Shown piece by piece: positions 16,201-30,700 of a DNA stretch of 64,000 bases. Each line of letters starts with the position of its first letter. Within the stretch, counting starts at the first letter, position 1. The notes beneath the pieces were generated by a model. The model saw only the letters and a list, made by a program, of their open reading frames with translations, did no database searches and was not told the DNA's origin. The DNA comes from Auanema rhodensis (lineage: Eukaryota > Animalia > Nematoda), in NCBI GenBank assembly GCA_964057225.1, contig OZ059896.1:12586001-12650000 (forward strand), written 5' to 3'. Both the position numbers and the translations under genes were made by a program.

Positions 16201-19200
16201 GTTTCACTGCCCAAAACTCTGTTTATTGTCTTTCTACTTGCTATTTCGAGAGAAACCTTTACAGATATACATATATGAATATTTACTACACTAGCAAGCA
16301 GAAGAAAACCTTATACTAGTTCATTGTTTTTTTTAAATTTTTTTCGGCAAATCGGCAAACACCTGCTGCACATGTGCGAGCTATTCGAGTGACCGATGCT
16401 CAAACGAGCCACGCTTAGAAAATGAGGCTGACATAACACGTTTTTCACTCTTACCCAGATTGATTGCTTTAGAGACATTTCTGTCTTATCTCATTATATT
16501 CTCAACTTTGACTTTGATTTTTCTAAAATTTCATTAATGTATAATTCAAAATATCATTTCTTGTGATCAGATTGTTAATCGTTATATCTGTAAACGTTTC
16601 TCTCGAAGTAGCAAGTAGAGTGTTCAGTTGTACCCACTTAACAAAGAAAGTAGAAGAACATATATATTTAGAGCAAAAAAAGTGCGGAAAAGTCGTTATC
16701 TCGTTAACATCAGTTTCACTGCCCAAAACTCTGTTTATTGTCTTTCTACTTGCTATTTCGAGAGAAACCTTTACAGATATACATATATGAATATTTACTA
16801 CACTAGCAAGCAGAAGAAAACCTTATACTAGTTTATTGTTTTTTTTAAATTTTTTTCGGCAAATCGGCAAACACCTGCTGCACATGTGCGAGCTATTCGA
16901 GTGACCGATGCCCAAACGAGCCACGCTTAGAAAATGAGACTGACATAACACGTTTTTCACTCTGTAGATTTGTACCCACTTAACAAAGAAAATAGAATAA
17001 CATATATATTTAGAGCAAAAAAAGTGCGGAAAAGTCGTTATCTCGTTAACATCAGTTTCACTGCCCAAAACTCTGTTTATTGTCATTCTACTTGCTATTT
17101 CGAGAGAAACGTTTACAGATATATATCAATATTTACTACACTAGCAAGCAGAAGAAAACCTTATACTAGTTCATTGTTTTTTTTAAATTTTTTTCGGTAT
17201 ATTCATTTTTTCACTGTCAAATCGGCAAGCACCTGCTGCACATGTGCGAGCTATTCGAGTGACCGATGCTCAAACGAGCCACGCTTAGAAAATGAGGCTG
17301 ACATAACACGCTTTTCACTCCTACCCAGATTGATTGCTTTAGAGACATTTCTGTCTTATCTCATTATATTCTCAACTTTGACTTTGATTTTTCTAAAATT
17401 TCATTAATGTATAATTCAAAATATCATTTCTTGTGATCAGATTGTTAATCGTTATATCTGTAAACGTTTCTCTCGAAATAGCAAGTAGAGTGTTCAGTTG
17501 TACCCACTTAACAAAGAAAGTAGAAGAACATATATATTTAGAGCAAAAAAGGTGCGGAAAAGTCGTTATCTCGTTAACATCAGTTTCACTGCCCAAAACT
17601 CTGTTTATTGTCATTCTACTTGCTATTTTGAGAGAAACGTTCACAGATATATATGAATATTTACTACACTAGCAAGCAGAAGAAAACCTTATACTAGTTC
17701 ATTGTTTTTTTAAAATTTTTTTTCGGTACATTCATTTTTTCACTGTCAAATCGGCAAGCACCTGCTGCACATGTGCGAGCTATTCGAGTGACCGATGCTC
17801 AAACGAGCCACGCTTAGAAAATGAGGCTGACATAACACGTTTTTCACTCTTACCCAGATTGATTGCTTTAGAGACATTTCTGTCTTATCTCATTATATTC
17901 TCAACTTTGACTTTGATTTTTCTAAAATTTCATTAATGTATAATTCAAAATATCATTTCTTGTGATCAGATTGTTAATCATTATATCTGTAAACGTTTCT
18001 CTCGAAGTAGCAAGTAGAGTGTTCAGTTGTACCCACTTAACAAAGAAAGTAGAAGAACATATATTTTTAGAGCAAAAAAAGTGCGGAAAAGTCGTTATCT
18101 CGTGAACATCAGTTTCACTGCCCAAAACTCTGTTTATTGTCTTTCTACTTGCTATTTCGAGAGAAACCTTTACAGATATACATATATGAATATTTACTAC
18201 ACTAGCAAGCAGAAGAAAACCTTATACTAGTTCATTGTTTTTTTTAAATTTTTTTCGGCAAATCGGCAAACACCTGCTGCACATGTGCGAGCTATTCGAG
18301 TGACCGATGCCCAAACGAGCCACGCTTAGAAAATGAGACTGACATAACACGTTTTTCACTCTGTAGATTTGTACCCACTTAACAAAGAAAATAGAATAAC
18401 ATATATATTTAGAGCAAAAAAAGTGCGGAAAAGTCGTTATCTCGTTAACATCAGTTTCACTGTTCAAAACTCTGTTTATTGTCACTCTACTTGCTATTTC
18501 GAGAGAAACGTTTACAGATATATATGAATATTCACTACACTAGCAAGCAGGAGAAAACCTTATACTAGTTCATTGTTTTTTTTTAATCTTTTTCGGTATA
18601 TTTATTTTTTCACTGTCAAATCGGCAAGCACCTGCTGCACATGTGCGAGCTTTTCGAGTGACCGATGCCCAAACGAACCACGCTTAGAAAATGAGGCTGA
18701 CATAACACGTTTTTCACTCGTACCCAGATTGATTGCTTTAGAGACATTTCTGTCTTATCTCATTATATTCTCAACTTTGACTTTGATTTTTCTAAAATTT
18801 CATTAATGTATAATTCAAAATATCATTTCTTGTGATCAGATTGTTAATCGTTATATCTGTAAACGTTTCTCTCGAAGTAGCAAGTAGAGTGTTCAGTTGT
18901 ACCCACTTAACAAAGAAAGTAGAAGAACATATATATTTAGAGCAAAAAAAGTGCGGAAAAGTCGTTATCTCGTGAACATCAGTTTCACTGCCCAAAACTC
19001 TGTTTATTGTCTTTCTACTTGCTATTTCGAGAGAAACCTTTACAGATATACATATATGAATATTTACTACACTAGCAAGCAGAAGAAAACCTTATACTAG
19101 TTCATTGTTTTTTTTAAATTTTTTTCGGCAAATCGGCAAACACCTGCTGCACATGTGCGAGCTATTCGAGTGACCGATGCTCAAACGAGCCACGCTTAGA

Positions 19201-21794
19201 AAATGAGGCTGACATAACACGTTTTTCACTCTTACCCAGATTGATTGCTTTAGAGACATTTCTGTCTTATCTCATTATATTCTCAACTTTGACTTTGATT
19301 TTTCTAAAATTTCATTAATGTATAATTCAAAATATCATTTCTTGTGATCAGATTGTTAATCGTTATATCTGTAAACGTTTCTCTCGAAGTAGCAAGTAGA
19401 GTGTTCAGTTGTACCCACTTAACAAAGAAAGTAGAAGAACATATATTTTTAGAGCAAAAAAAGTGCGGAAAAGTCGTTATCTCGTGAACATCAGTTTCAC
19501 TGCCCAAAACTCTGTTTATTGTCTTTCTACTTGCTATTTCGAGAGAAACCTTTACAGATATACATATATGAATATTTACTACACTAGCAAGCAGAAGAAA
19601 ACCTTATACTAGTTCATTGTTTTTTTTAAATTTTTTTCGGCAAATCGGCAAACACCTGCTGCACATGTGCGAGCTATTCGAGTGACCGATGCCCAAACGA
19701 GCCACGCTTAGAAAATGAGACTGACATAACACGTTTTTCACTCTGTAGATTTGTACCCACTTAACAAAGAAAATAGAATAACATATATATTTAGAGCAAA
19801 AAAAGTGCGGAAAAGTCGTTATCTCGTTAACATCAGTTTCACTGCCCAAAACTCTGTTTATTGTCATTCTACTTGCTATTTCGAGAGAAACGTTTACAGA
19901 TATATATCAATATTTACTACACTAGCAAGCAGAAGAAAACCTTATACTAGTTCATTGTTTTTTTTAAATTTTTTTCGGTATATTCATTTTTTCACTGTCA
20001 AATCGGCAAGCACCTGCTGCACATGTGCGAGCTATTCGAGTGACCGATGCTCAAACGAGCCACGCTTAGAAAATGAGGCTGACATAACACGCTTTTCACT
20101 CCTACCCAGATTGATTGCTTTAGAGACATTTCTGTCTTATCTCATTATATTCTCAACTTTGACTTTGATTTTTCTAAAATTTCATTAATGTATAATTCAA
20201 AATATCATTTCTTGTGATCAGATTGTTAATCGTTATATCTGTAAACGTTTCTCTCGAAATAGCAAGTAGAGTGTTCAGTTGTACCCACTTAACAAAGAAA
20301 GTAGAAGAACATATATATTTAGAGCAAAAAAAGTGCGGAAAAGTCGTTATCTCGTTAACATCAGTTTTACTGCCCAAAACTCTGTTTATTGTCATTCTAC
20401 TTGCTATTTTGAGAGAAACGTTCACAGATATATATGAATATTTACTACACTAGCAAGCAGAAGAAAACCTTATACTAGTTCATTGTTTTTTTAAAATTTT
20501 TTTTCGGTACATTCATTTTTTCACTGTCAAATCGGCAAGCACCTGCTGCACATGTGCGAGCTATTCGAGTGACCGATGCTCAAACGAGCCACGCTTAGAA
20601 AATGAGGCTGACATAACACGTTTTTCACTCTTACCCAGATTGATTGCTTTAGAGACATTTCTGTCTTATCTCATTATATTCTCAACTTTGACTTTGATTT
20701 TTCTAAAATTTCATTAATGTATAATTCAAAATATCATTTCTTGTGATCAGATTGTTAATCGTTATATCTGTAAACGTTTCTCTCGAAGTAGCAAGTAGAG
20801 TGTTCAGTTGTACCCACTTAACAAAGAAAGTAGAAGAACATATATTTTTAGAGCAAAAAAAGTGCGGAAAAGTCGTTATCTCGTGAACATCAGTTTCACT
20901 GCCCAAAACTCTGTTTATTGTCTTTCTACTTGCTATTTCGAGAGAAACCTTTACAGATATACATATATGAATATTTACTACACTAGCAAGCAGAAGAAAA
21001 CCTTATACTAGTTCATTGTTTTTTTTAAATTTTTTTCGGCAAATCGGCAAACACCTGCTGCACATGTGCGAGCTATTCGAGTGACCGATGCCCAAACGAG
21101 CCACGCTTAGAAAATGAGACTGACATAACACGTTTTTCACTCTGTAGATTTGTACCCACTTAACAAAGAAAATAGAATAACATATATATTTAGAGCAAAA
21201 AAAGTGCGGAAAAGTCGTTATCTCGTTAACATCAGTTTCACTGTTCAAAACTCTGTTTATTGTCACTCTACTTGCTATTTCGAGAGAAACGTTTACAGAT
21301 ATATATGAATATTCACTACACTAGCAAGCAGGAGAAAACCTTATACTAGTTCATTGTTTTTTTTTAATCTTTTTCGGTATATTTATTTTTTCACTGTCAA
21401 ATCGGCAAGCACCTGCTGCACATGTGCGAGCTTTTCGAGTGACCGATGCCCAAACGAACCACGCTTAGAAAATGAGGCTGACATAACACGTTTTTCACTC
21501 GTACCCAGATTGATTGCTTTAGAGACATTTCTGTCTTATCTCATTATATTCTCAACTTTGACTTTGATTTTTCTAAAATTTCATTAATGTATAATTCAAA
21601 ATATCATTTCTTGTGATCAGATTGTTAATCGTTATATCTGTAAACGTTTCTCTCGAAGTAGCAAGTAGAGTGTTCAGTTGTACCCACTTAACAAAGAAAG
21701 TAGAAGAACATATATATTTAGAGCAAAAAAAGTGCGGAAAAGTCGTTATCTCGTTAACATCAGTTTCACTGCCCAAAACTCTGTTTATTGTCTT
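4204..21794. repeat. Higher-order repeat domain: 1399-bp trimers (528+529+342) and 2781-bp hexamers (1399+1382)
   Basis: Equivalent positions recur at 4204/5603/7002 (1399 apart) and 12052/14833/17614/20395 (2781 apart). Diagnostic variants (CATA insertion, 20-bp deletion cgg|caaatcgg, gtgaacatc, gcaggagaa) recur in phase. Confidence 0.93.
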
Positions 21795-24700
21795 TCTACT
21801 TGCTATTTCGAGAGAAACCTTTACAGATATACATATATGAATATTTACTACACTAGCAAGCAGAAGAAAACCTTATACTAGTTCATTGTTTTTTTTTAAA
21901 TTTTTTTCGGTATATTTATTTTTTCTCTGTCAAATCGGCAAGCACCTGCTGCACATGTGCGAGCTATTCGAGTGACCGATGCCCAAACGAGCAACGCTTA
22001 GAAAATGAGGCTGACATAACACGTTTTTCACTCTGTAGAGTTGTACCCACTTAACAAAGAAAGTAGAAGAACATATATATTTAGAGCAAAAAAAGTGCGG
22101 AAAAGTCGTTATCTCGTTAACATCAGTTTCACTGTTCAAAACTCTGTTTATTGTCACTCTACTTGCTATTTCGAGAGAAACGTTTACAGATATATATGAA
22201 TATTCACTACACTAGCAAGCAGAAGAAAACCTTATACTAGTTCATTGTTTTTTTTTTAATTTTTTTCGGTATATTTATTTTTTCACTGTCAAATCGGCAA
22301 GCACCTGCTGCACATGTGCGAGCTATTTGAGTGATCGATGCCTAAACGAGCCACGCTTAGAAAATGAGGCCGACATAACACGTTTTTCACTCCTACCCAG
22401 ATTGATTGCTTTAGAGACATTTCTGTCTTATCTCATTATATTCTCAACTTTGACTTTGATTTTTCTAAAATTTCATTAATGTATAATTCAAAATATCATT
22501 TCTTGTGATCAGATTGTTAATCGTTATATCTGTAAACGTTTCTCTCGAAATAGCAAGTAGAGTGTTCAGTTGTACCCACTTAACAAAGAAAGTAGAAGAA
22601 CATATATATTTAGAGCAAAAAAAGTGCGGAAAAGTCGTTATCTCGTTAACATCAGTTTCACTGCCCAAAACTCTGTTTATTGTCATTCCACTTGCTATTT
22701 TGAGAGAAACGTTTACAGATATATATGAATATTTACTACACTAGCAAGCAGAAGAAAACCTTATACTAGTTCATTGTTTTTTTAAAATTTTTTTTCGGTA
22801 CATTCATTTTTTCACTGTCAAATCGGCAAGCACCTGCTGCACATGTGCGAGCTATTCGAGTGACCGATGCTCAAACGAGCCACGCTTAGAAAATGAGGCT
22901 GACATAACACGTTTTTCACTCTTACCCAGATTGATTGCTTTAGAGACATTTCTGTCTTATCTCATTATATTCTCTACTTTGACTTTGATTTTTCTAAAAT
23001 TTCATTAATGTATAATTCAAAATATCATTTCTTGTGATCAGATTGTTAATCGTTATATCTGTAAACGTTTCTCTCGAAATAGCAAGTAGAGTGTTCAGTT
23101 GTACCCACTTAACAAAGAAAGTAGAAGAACATATATATTTAGAGCAAAAAAAGTGCGGAAAAGTAGTTATCTCGTTAACATCAGTTTCACTGCCCAAAAC
23201 TCTGTTTATTGTCATTCTACTTGCTATTTCGAGAGAAACGTTTACAGATATATATGAATATTTACTACACTAGCAAGCAGAAGAAAACCTTATACTAGTT
23301 CATTGTTTTTTTTTAATTTTTTTCGGTATATTCATTTTTTCACTGTCAAATCGGCAAGCACCTGCTGCACATGTGCGAGCTATTCGAGTGACCGATGCTC
23401 AAACGAGCCACGCTTAGAAAATGAGGCTGACATAACACGCTTTTCAATCCTACCCAGATTGATTGCTTTAGAGACATTTCTGTCTTATCTCATTATATTC
23501 TCAACTTTGACTTTGATTTTTCTAAAATTTCATTAATGTATAATTCAAAATATCATTTCTTGTGATCAGATTGTTAATCGTTATATCTGTAAACGTTTCT
23601 CTCGAAATAGCAAGTAGAGTGTTCAGTTGTACCCACTTAACAAAGAAAGTAGAAGAACATATATATTTAGAGCAAAAAAAGTGCGGAAAAGTCGTTATCT
23701 CGTTAACATCAGTTTCACTGCCCAAAACTCTGTTTATTGTCATTCTACTTGCTATTTTGAGAGAAACGTTTACAGATATATATGAATATTTACTACACTA
23801 GCAAGCAGAAGAAAACCTTATACTAGTTCATTGTTTTTTTTTAAATTTTTTTCGGTATATTTATTTTTTCACTGTCAAATCGGCAAGCACCTGCTGCACA
23901 TGTGCGAGCTATTCGAGTGACCAATGCCCAAACGAGCAACGCTTAGAAAATGAGGCTGACATAACACGTTTTTCACTCTGTAGAGTTGTACCCACTTAAC
24001 AAAGAAAGTAGAAGAACATATATATTTAGAGCAAAAAAAGTGCGGAAAAGTCGTTATCTCGTTAACATCAGTTTCACTGTTCAAAACTCTGTTTATTGTC
24101 ACTCTACTTGCTATTTCGAGAGAAACGTTTACAGATATATATGAATATTCACTACACTAGCAAGCAGAAGAAAACCTTATACTAGTTCATTGTTTTTTTT
24201 TTAATTTTTTTCGGTATATTTATTTTTTCACTGTCAAATCGGCAAGCACCTGCTGCACATGTGCGAGCTAATTGAGTGATCGATGCCTAAACGAGCCACG
24301 CTTAGAAAATGAGGCCGACATAACACGTTTTTCACTCCTACCCAGATTGATTGCTTTAGAGACATTTCTGTCTTATCTCATTATATTCTCAACTTTGACT
24401 TTGATTTTTCTAAAATTTCATTAATGTATAGTTCAAAATATCATTTCTTGTGATCAGATTGTTAATCGTTATATCTGTAAACGTTTCTCTCGAAATAGCA
24501 AGTAGAGTGTTCAGTTGTACCCACTTAACAAAGAAAGTAGAAGAACATATATATTTAGAGCAAAAAAAGTGCGGAAAAGTCGTTATCTCGTTAACATCAG
24601 TTTCACTGCCCAAAACTCTGTTTATTGTCATTCCACTTGCTATTTTGAGAGAAACGTTTACAGATATATATGAATATTTACTACACTAGCAAGCAGAAGA

Positions 24701-27700
24701 AAACCTTATACTAGTTCATTGTTTTTTTAAAATTTTTTTTCGGTACATTTATTTTTTCACTGTCAAATCGGCAAGCACCTGCTGCACATGTGCGAGCTAT
24801 TCGAGTGACCGATGCTCAAACGAGCCACGCTTAGAAAATGAGGCTGACATAACACGTTTTTCACTCTTACCCAGATTGATTGCTTTAGAGACATTTCTGT
24901 CTTATCTCATTATATTCTCTACTTTGACTTTGATTTTTCTAAAATTTCATTAATGTATAATTCAAAATATCATTTCTTGTGATCAGATTGTTAATCGTTA
25001 TATCTGTAAACGTTTCTCTCGAAATAGCAAGTAGAGTGTTCAGTTGTACCCACTTAACAAAGAAAGTAGAAGAACATATATATTTAGAGCAAAAAAAGTG
25101 CGGAAAAGTAGTTATCTCGTTAACATCAGTTTCACTGCCCAAAACTCTGTTTATTGTCATTCTACTTGCTATTTCGAGAGAAACGTTTACAGATATATAT
25201 CAATATTTACTACACTAGCAAGCAGAAGAAAACCTTATACTAGTTCATTGTTTTTTTTAAATTTTTTTCGGTATATTCATTTTTTCACTGTCAAATCGGC
25301 AAGCACCTGCTGCACATGTGCGAGCTATTCGAGTGACCGATGCTCAAACGAGCCACGCTTAGAAAATGAGGCTGACATAACACGCTTTTCACTCCTACCC
25401 AGATTGATTGCTTTAGAGACATTTCTGTCTTATCTCATTATATTCTCAACTTTGACTTTGATTTTTCTAAAATTTCATTAATGTATAATTCAAAATATCA
25501 TTTCTTGTGATCAGATTGTTAATCGTTATATCTGTAAACGTTTCTCTCGAAATAGCAAGTAGAGTGTTCAGTTGTACCCACTTAACAAAGAAAGTAGAAG
25601 AACATATATATTTAGAGCAAAAAAAGTGCGGAAAAGTCGTTATCTCGTTAACATCAGTTTCACTGCCCAAAACTCTGTTTATTGTCATTCTACTTGCTAT
25701 TTTGAGAGAAACGTTTACAGATATATATGAATATTTACTACACTAGCAAGCAGAAGAAAACCTTATACTAGTTCATTGTTTTTTTAAAATTTTTTTTCGG
25801 TACATTCATTTTTTCACTGTCAAATCGGCAAGCACCTGCTGCACATGTGCGAGCTATTCGAGTGACCGATGCTCAAACGAGCCACGCTTAGAAAATGAGG
25901 CTGACATAACACGTTTTTCACTCTTACCCAGATTGATTGCTTTAGAGACATTTCTGTCTTATCTCATTATATTCTCTACTTTGACTTTGATTTTTCTAAA
26001 ATTTCATTAATGTATAATTCAAAATATCATTTCTTGTGATCAGATTGTTAATCGTTATATCTGTAAACGTTTCTCTCGAAATAGCAAGTAGAGTGTTCAG
26101 TTGTACCCACTTAACAAAGAAAGTAGAAGAACATATATATTTAGAGCAAAAAAAGTGCGGAAAAGTAGTTATCTCGTTAACATCAGTTTCACTGCCCAAA
26201 ACTCTGTTTATTGTCATTCTACTTGCTATTTTGAGAGAAACGTTTACAGATATATATGAATATTTACTACACTAGCAAGCAGAAGAAAACCTTATACTAG
26301 TTCATTGTTTTTTTAAAATTTTTTTTCGGTACATTCATTTTTTCACTGTCAAATCGGCAAGCACCTGCTGCACATGTGCGAGCTATTCGAGTGACCGATG
26401 CTCAAACGAGCCACGCTTAGAAAATGAGGCTGACATAACACGTTTTTCACTCTTACCCAGATTGATTGCTTTAGAGACATTTCTGTCTTATCTCATTATA
26501 TTCTCAACTTTGACTTTGATTTTTCTAAAATTTCATTAATGTATAATTCAAAATATCATTTCTTGTGATCAGATTGTTAATCGTTATATCTGTAAACGTT
26601 TCTCTCGAAATAGCAAGTAGAGTGTTCAGTTGTACCCACTTAACAAAGAAAGTAGAAGAACATATATATTTAGAGCAAAAAAAGTGCGGAAAAGTCGTTA
26701 TCTCGTTAACATCAGTTTCACTGCCCAAAACTCTGTTTATTGTCATTCTACTTGCTATTTTGAGAGAAACGTTTACAGATATATATGAATATTTACTACA
26801 CTAGCAAGCAGAAGAAAACCTTATACTAGTTCATTGTTTTTTTTTAAATTTTTTTCGGTATATTTATTTTTTCACTGTCAAATCGCCAAGCACCTGCTGC
26901 ACATGTGCGAGCTATTCGAGTGACCGATGCCCAAACGAGCAACGCTTAGAAAATGAGGCTGACATAACACGTTTTTCACTCTGTAGAGTTGTACCCACTT
27001 AACAAAGAAAGTAGAAGAACATATATATTTAGAGCAAAAAAAGTGCGGAAAAGTCGTTATCTCGTTAACATCAGTTTCACTGTTCAAAACTCTGTTTATT
27101 GTCACTCTACTTGCTATTTCGAGAGAAACGTTTACAGATATATATGAATATTCACTACACTAGCAAGCAGAAGAAAACCTTATACTAGTTCATTGTTTTT
27201 TTTTTAATTTTTTTCGGTATATTTATTTTTTCACTGTCAAATCGGCAAGCACCTGCTGCACATGTGCGAGCTAATTGAGTGATCGATGCCTAAACGAGCC
27301 ACGCTTAGAAAATGAGGCCGACATAACACGTTTTTCACTCCTACCCAGATTGATTGCTTTAGAGACATTTCTGTCTTATCTCATTATATTCTCAACTTTG
27401 ACTTTGATTTTTCTAAAATTTCATTAATGTATAATTCAAAATATCATTTCTTGTGATCAGATTGTTAATCGTTATATCTGTAAACGTTTCTCTCGAAATA
27501 GCAAGTAGAGTGTTCAGTTGTACCCACTTAACAAAGAAAGTAGAAGAACATATATATTTAGAGCAAAAAAAGTGCGGAAAAGTCGTTATCTCGTTAACAT
27601 CAGTTTCACTGCCCAAAACTCTGTTTATTGTCATTCCACTTGCTATTTTGAGAGAAACGTTTACATATATATATGAATATTTACTACACTAGCAAGCAGA

Positions 27701-30700
27701 AGAAAACCTTATACTAGTTCATTGTTTTTTTAAAATTTTTTTTCGGTACATTTATTTTTTCACTGTCAAATCGGCAAGCACCTGCTGCACATGTGCGAGC
27801 TATTCGAGTGACCGATGCTCAAACGAGCCACGCTTAGAAAATGAGGCTGACATAACACGTTTTTCACTCTTACCCAGATTGATTGCTTTAGAGACATTTC
27901 TGTCTTATCTCATTATATTCTCTACTTTGACTTTGATTTTTCTAAAATTTCATTAATGTATAATTCAAAATATCATTTCTTGTGATCAGATTGTTAATCG
28001 TTATATCTGTAAACGTTTCTCTCGAAATAGCAAGTAGAGTGTTCAGTTGTACCCACTTAACAAAGAAAGTAGAAGAACATATATATTTAGAGCAAAAAAA
28101 GTGCGGAAAAGTCGTTATCTCGTTAACATCAGTTTCACTGCCCAAAACTCTGTTTATTGTCATTCTACTTGCTATTTTGAGAGAAACGTTTACAGATATA
28201 TATGAATATTTACTACACTAGCAAGCAGAAGAAAACCTTATACTAGTTCATTGTTTTTTTTTAAATTTTTTTCGGTATATTTATTTTTTCACTGTCAAAT
28301 CGGCAAGCACCTGCTGCACATGTGCGAGCTATTCGAGTGACCGATGCCCAAACGAGCAACGCTTAGAAAATGAGGCTGACATAACACGTTTTTCACTCTG
28401 TAGAGTTGTACCCACTTAACAAAGAAAGTAGAAGAACATATATATTTAGAGCAAAAAAAGTGCGGAAAAGTCGTTATCTCGTTAACATCAGTTTCACTGC
28501 CCAAAACTCTGTTTATTGTCATTCCACTTGCTATTTTGAGAGAAACGTTTACATATATATATGAATATTTACTACACTAGCAAGCAGAAGAAAACCTTAT
28601 ACTAGTTCATTGTTTTTTTAAAATTTTTTTTCGGTACATTTATTTTTTCACTGTCAAATCGGCAAGCACCTGCTGCACATGTGCGAGCTATTCGAGTGAC
28701 CGATGCTCAAACGAGCCACGCTTGGAAAATGAGGCTGACATAACACGTTTTTCACTCTTACCCAGATTGATTGCTTTAGAGACATTTCTGTCTTATCTCA
28801 TTATATTCTCTACTTTGACTTTGATTTTTCTAAAATTTCATTAATGTATAATTCAAAATATCATTTCTTGTGATCAGATTGTTAATCGTTATATCTGTAA
28901 ACGTTTCTCTCGAAATAGCAAGTAGAGTGTTCAGTTGTACCCACTTAACAAAGAAAGTAGAAGAACATATATATTTAGAGCAAAAAAAGTGCGGAAAAGT
29001 CGTTATCTCGTTAACATCAGTTTCACTGCCCAAAACTCTGTTTATTGTCATTCTACTTGCTATTTTGAGAGAAACGTTTACAGATATATATGAATATTTA
29101 CTACACTAGCAAGCAGAAGAAAACCTTATACTAGTTCATTGTTTTTTTTTAAATTTTTTTCGGTATATTTATTTTTTCACTGTCAAATCGGCAAGCACCT
29201 GCTGCACATGTGCGAGCTATTCGAGTGACCGATGCCCAAACGAGCAACGCTTAGAAAATGAGGCTGACATAACACGTTTTTCACTCTGTAGAGTTGTACC
29301 CACTTAACAAAGAAAGTAGAAGAACATATATATTTAGAGCAAAAAAAGTGCGGAAAAGTCGTTATCTCGTTAACATCAGTTTCACTGTTCAAAACTCTGT
29401 TTATTGTCACTCTACTTGCTATTTCGAGAGAAACGTTTACAGATATATATGAATATTCACTACACTAGCAAGCAGAAGAAAACCTTATACTAGTTCATTG
29501 TTTTTTTTTTAATTTTTTTCGGTATATTTATTTTTTCACTGTCAAATCGGCAAGCACCTGCTGCACATGTGCGAGCTAATTGAGTGATCGATGCCTAAAC
29601 GAGCCACGCTTAGAAAATGAGGCCGACATAACACGTTTTTCACTCCTACCCAGATTGATTGCTTTAGAGACATTTCTGTCTTATCTCATTATATTCTCAA
29701 CTTTGACTTTGATTTTTCTAAAATTTCATTAATGTATAATTCAAAATATCATTTCTTGTGATCAGATTGTTAATCGTTATATCTGTAAACGTTTCTCTCG
29801 AAATAGCAAGTAGAGTGTTCAGTTGTACCCACTTAACAAAGAAAGTAGAAGAACATATATATTTAGAGCAAAAAAAGTGCGGAAAAGTCGTTATCTCGTT
29901 AACATCAGTTTCACTGCCCAAAACTCTGTTTATTGTCATTCTACTTGCTATTTTGAGAGAAACGTTTACAGATATATATGAATATTTACTACACTAGCAA
30001 GCAGAAGAAAACCTTATACTAGTTCATTGTTTTTTTAAAATTTTTTTTCGGTACATTCATTTTTTCACTGTCAAATCGGCAAGCACCTGCTGCACATGTG
30101 CGAGCTATTCGAGTGACCGATGCTCAAACGAGCCACGCTTAGAAAATGAGGCTGACATAACACGTTTTTCACTCTTACCCAGATTGATTGCTTTAGAGAC
30201 ATTTCTGTCTTATCTCATTATATTCTCTACTTTGACTTTGATTTTTCTAAAATTTCATTAATGTATAATTCAAAATATCATTTCTTGTGATCAGATTGTT
30301 AATCGTTATATCTGTAAACGTTTCTCTCGAAATAGCAAGTAGAGTGTTCAGTTGTACCCACTTAACAAAGAAAGTAGAAGAACATATATATTTAGAGCAA
30401 AAAAAGTGCGGAAAAGTAGTTATCTCGTTAACATCAGTTTCACTGCCCAAAACTCTGTTTATTGTCATTCTACTTGCTATTTCGAGAGAAACGTTTACAG
30501 ATATATATGAATATTTACTACACTAGCAAGCAGAAGAAAACCTTATACTAGTTCATTGTTTTTTTTTAATTTTTTTCGGTATATTCATTTTTTCACTGTC
30601 AAATCGGCAAGCACCTGTTGCACATGTGCGAGCTATTCGAGTGATCGATGCTCAAACGAGCCACGCTTAGAAAATGAGGCTGACATAACACGCTTTTCAC

